This document shows, piece by piece, positions 62,451 to 64,000 of a stretch of 64,000 nt of DNA. Every line of letters starts with the position of its first letter. Position 1 is the stretch's first letter. A model generated the notes under the pieces. It was not told the origin of the DNA. It saw only the letters and a program-made list of their open reading frames with translations, and did not search any database. The position numbers and the translations under genes are program-made. The stretch is from Pachysolen tannophilus NRRL Y-2460 (Eukaryota): contig KV454015.1 in the NCBI GenBank assembly GCA_001661245.1, positions 794,924-858,923 of the forward strand, written 5' to 3'.

Positions 62451-62774
62451 TCCTTATCTCGAAGCTTTCTCAATGGAGTAAGTAGAGATAAAAGAAAATC
62501 TGATTGAACCATATATTGACAAAGCGTCAATTGCAGAAATCTTGTATCACAAATTTTGAAAGTGAAATTCCCTTTCGGGCAACTAAGTCCTCAGTTAAAG
62601 GCAATGGTATAATGGATTGGGAAACTTAAAGAACTTTTTTTATCAACTAAATTGATTCTTTTTTTCTGTGGTGCAAATTTCTCGTTTGTTAGATTAAAAA
62701 AGTCCAGTATGAAAAATAAAGAAAATTTTCTTTAAAATTGAATCTATAATTAAAGAACGCAAAATGATAGTAAA

Positions 62775-63983
62775 TTAGTAAACTTTAGCTAACATTTTTT
62801 CAATTTTTTCATTTATACAGGTCTCAACACTGTGTGCACTTAACTCATTATTAAAAATACTTTTAATTTCTGTACTTGATTCAGGGACAGGATTGTGTTC
62901 CTCTGCGACGTTCATTTCACATTTCATCAATAAAAACATACCTCGCTGGACTTCCCTTTTCATTAAATGTAAAGTACTGCTGTAGTTTCTAGGTTTAAGC
63001 CCTTTATTTGAGGTTTCTATCTCTAAAGAAGCAGCTCTAGCTATGTAATCTTCTTCTTTTGGTAAGCCGTCCTTTTTTGAAATTGAATACTGATATTGAG
63101 ATTCCAATATTTCTAAAATTTCAAAATCCGATATGAATCGTTTCATAATATCAAAATCTCTGAGTGAAATCCTTTGCCATCCTCTTTTATAGTCAGTTAA
63201 AAATATTCCTGAATATTGTAAATTGGAAATTATCAAGTCATTATCATTTTTGAAAATATTACCATCATCATCGATGGAAAATGATTTTTTATCAGTTACT
63301 GCAAACTCTTTCTTTGGTTTGAAGAAGTCATTATCTTCTTTATCTTTGTATCCACAATTTCCTATTCGACGATAATTTTCTAAACTATTACTGTTATTTC
63401 CAAATTTATAATTTTTCATTATCATGATACCATAAATATCACTATCTGCAAACCCAAAAATTGGTACATTTGCAAAACTTTTTGATAACAAGTTTAAAAA
63501 TGTTTTTGTTAGATTATCAGGGAAACCTTTCCCAGTTACAATTATTTTGTCTTGATTCTCCCTAGAACATAAGCGTTGAAAGACAGCTTCTTTTTCAATA
63601 ACTAAAATGCATTTTAAGCTGAGAACACTGGTGGATTTAATTTTGATTCCTGGCAAGATTATTGGAATTAATGTTGGTCCATTTTCTGTTTTTATTTCAA
63701 ACTGACCATTGGAGAAACCTCTCAAGTAAAGTGAATTTTCACTTTTATGTTCAACTGGATATTCCAATGCCAAATTCCCATATACTAGACCTTTTTGAGA
63801 AGAAACAGCACCTATCTCATAATTTTTCAGCTCCAAAGTAAAACACAAAGTTTCAATACATTCATCAACAATTGTTTGAGATTTAAATAATGCAACATCT
63901 TGGTAATAAACATCTCTCCTGGTAACTACTTTGCTACTTACCAAATTTTCAAATAATATTTGAATTATTCTTAAGTATGCCAC
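62775..63983 (-). CDS. SPO11: Meiotic double-strand-break transesterase Spo11, 3' exon (5' end probably beyond the window)
   Basis: TRRDVYYQD (catalytic Tyr), ILVIEKEAVF, VTGKGFPD and DSDIYG Toprim motifs. There is no ATG at the ORF start and an in-frame TAA precedes it, implying an upstream intron. Confidence 0.9.
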   Translation of the reverse strand: MAYLRIIQILFENLVSSKVVTRRDVYYQDVALFKSQTIVDECIETLCFTLELKNYEIGAVSSQKGLVYGNLALEYPVEHKSENSLYLRGFSNGQFEIKTENGPTLIPIILPGIKIKSTSVLSLKCILVIEKEAVFQRLCSRENQDKIIVTGKGFPDNLTKTFLNLLSKSFANVPIFGFADSDIYGIMIMKNYKFGNNSNSLENYRRIGNCGYKDKEDNDFFKPKKEFAVTDKKSFSIDDDGNIFKNDNDLIISNLQYSGIFLTDYKRGWQRISLRDFDIMKRFISDFEILEILESQYQYSISKKDGLPKEEDYIARAASLEIETSNKGLKPRNYSSTLHLMKREVQRGMFLLMKCEMNVAEEHNPVPESSTEIKSIFNNELSAHSVETCINEKIEKMLAKVY

Positions 63984-64000
63984 TTATGCACAAAAGAAAA

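Overview
AT-rich, gene-dense budding-yeast (Saccharomycotina) draft-genome segment with about 32 protein-coding genes, one RNase MRP RNA gene, at least 8 spliceosomal introns and six N-gaps, mostly flanked by homopolymers. I recognised no transposon or tRNA gene. CTG codons fall at conserved alanine positions and form Gln-Ala repeats, so the organism very likely uses the CUG=Ala code (Pachysolen/Nakazawaea/Peterozyma-type clade), and the supplied standard-code translations would be wrong at CTG. Points the ORF track misses: a 677-nt RNase MRP RNA (about twice the S. cerevisiae size) divergent from SSN8; a cystathionine gamma-lyase with a mitochondrial-type presequence; a flavocytochrome b2 with no presequence and a PTS1-like C-terminus; a recurrent intergenic GTCGTG/CACGAC motif; and three genes split at homopolymer runs, probably sequencing errors. 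Gene identities come from my recognition of motifs and recalled S. cerevisiae synteny. No database search was run.
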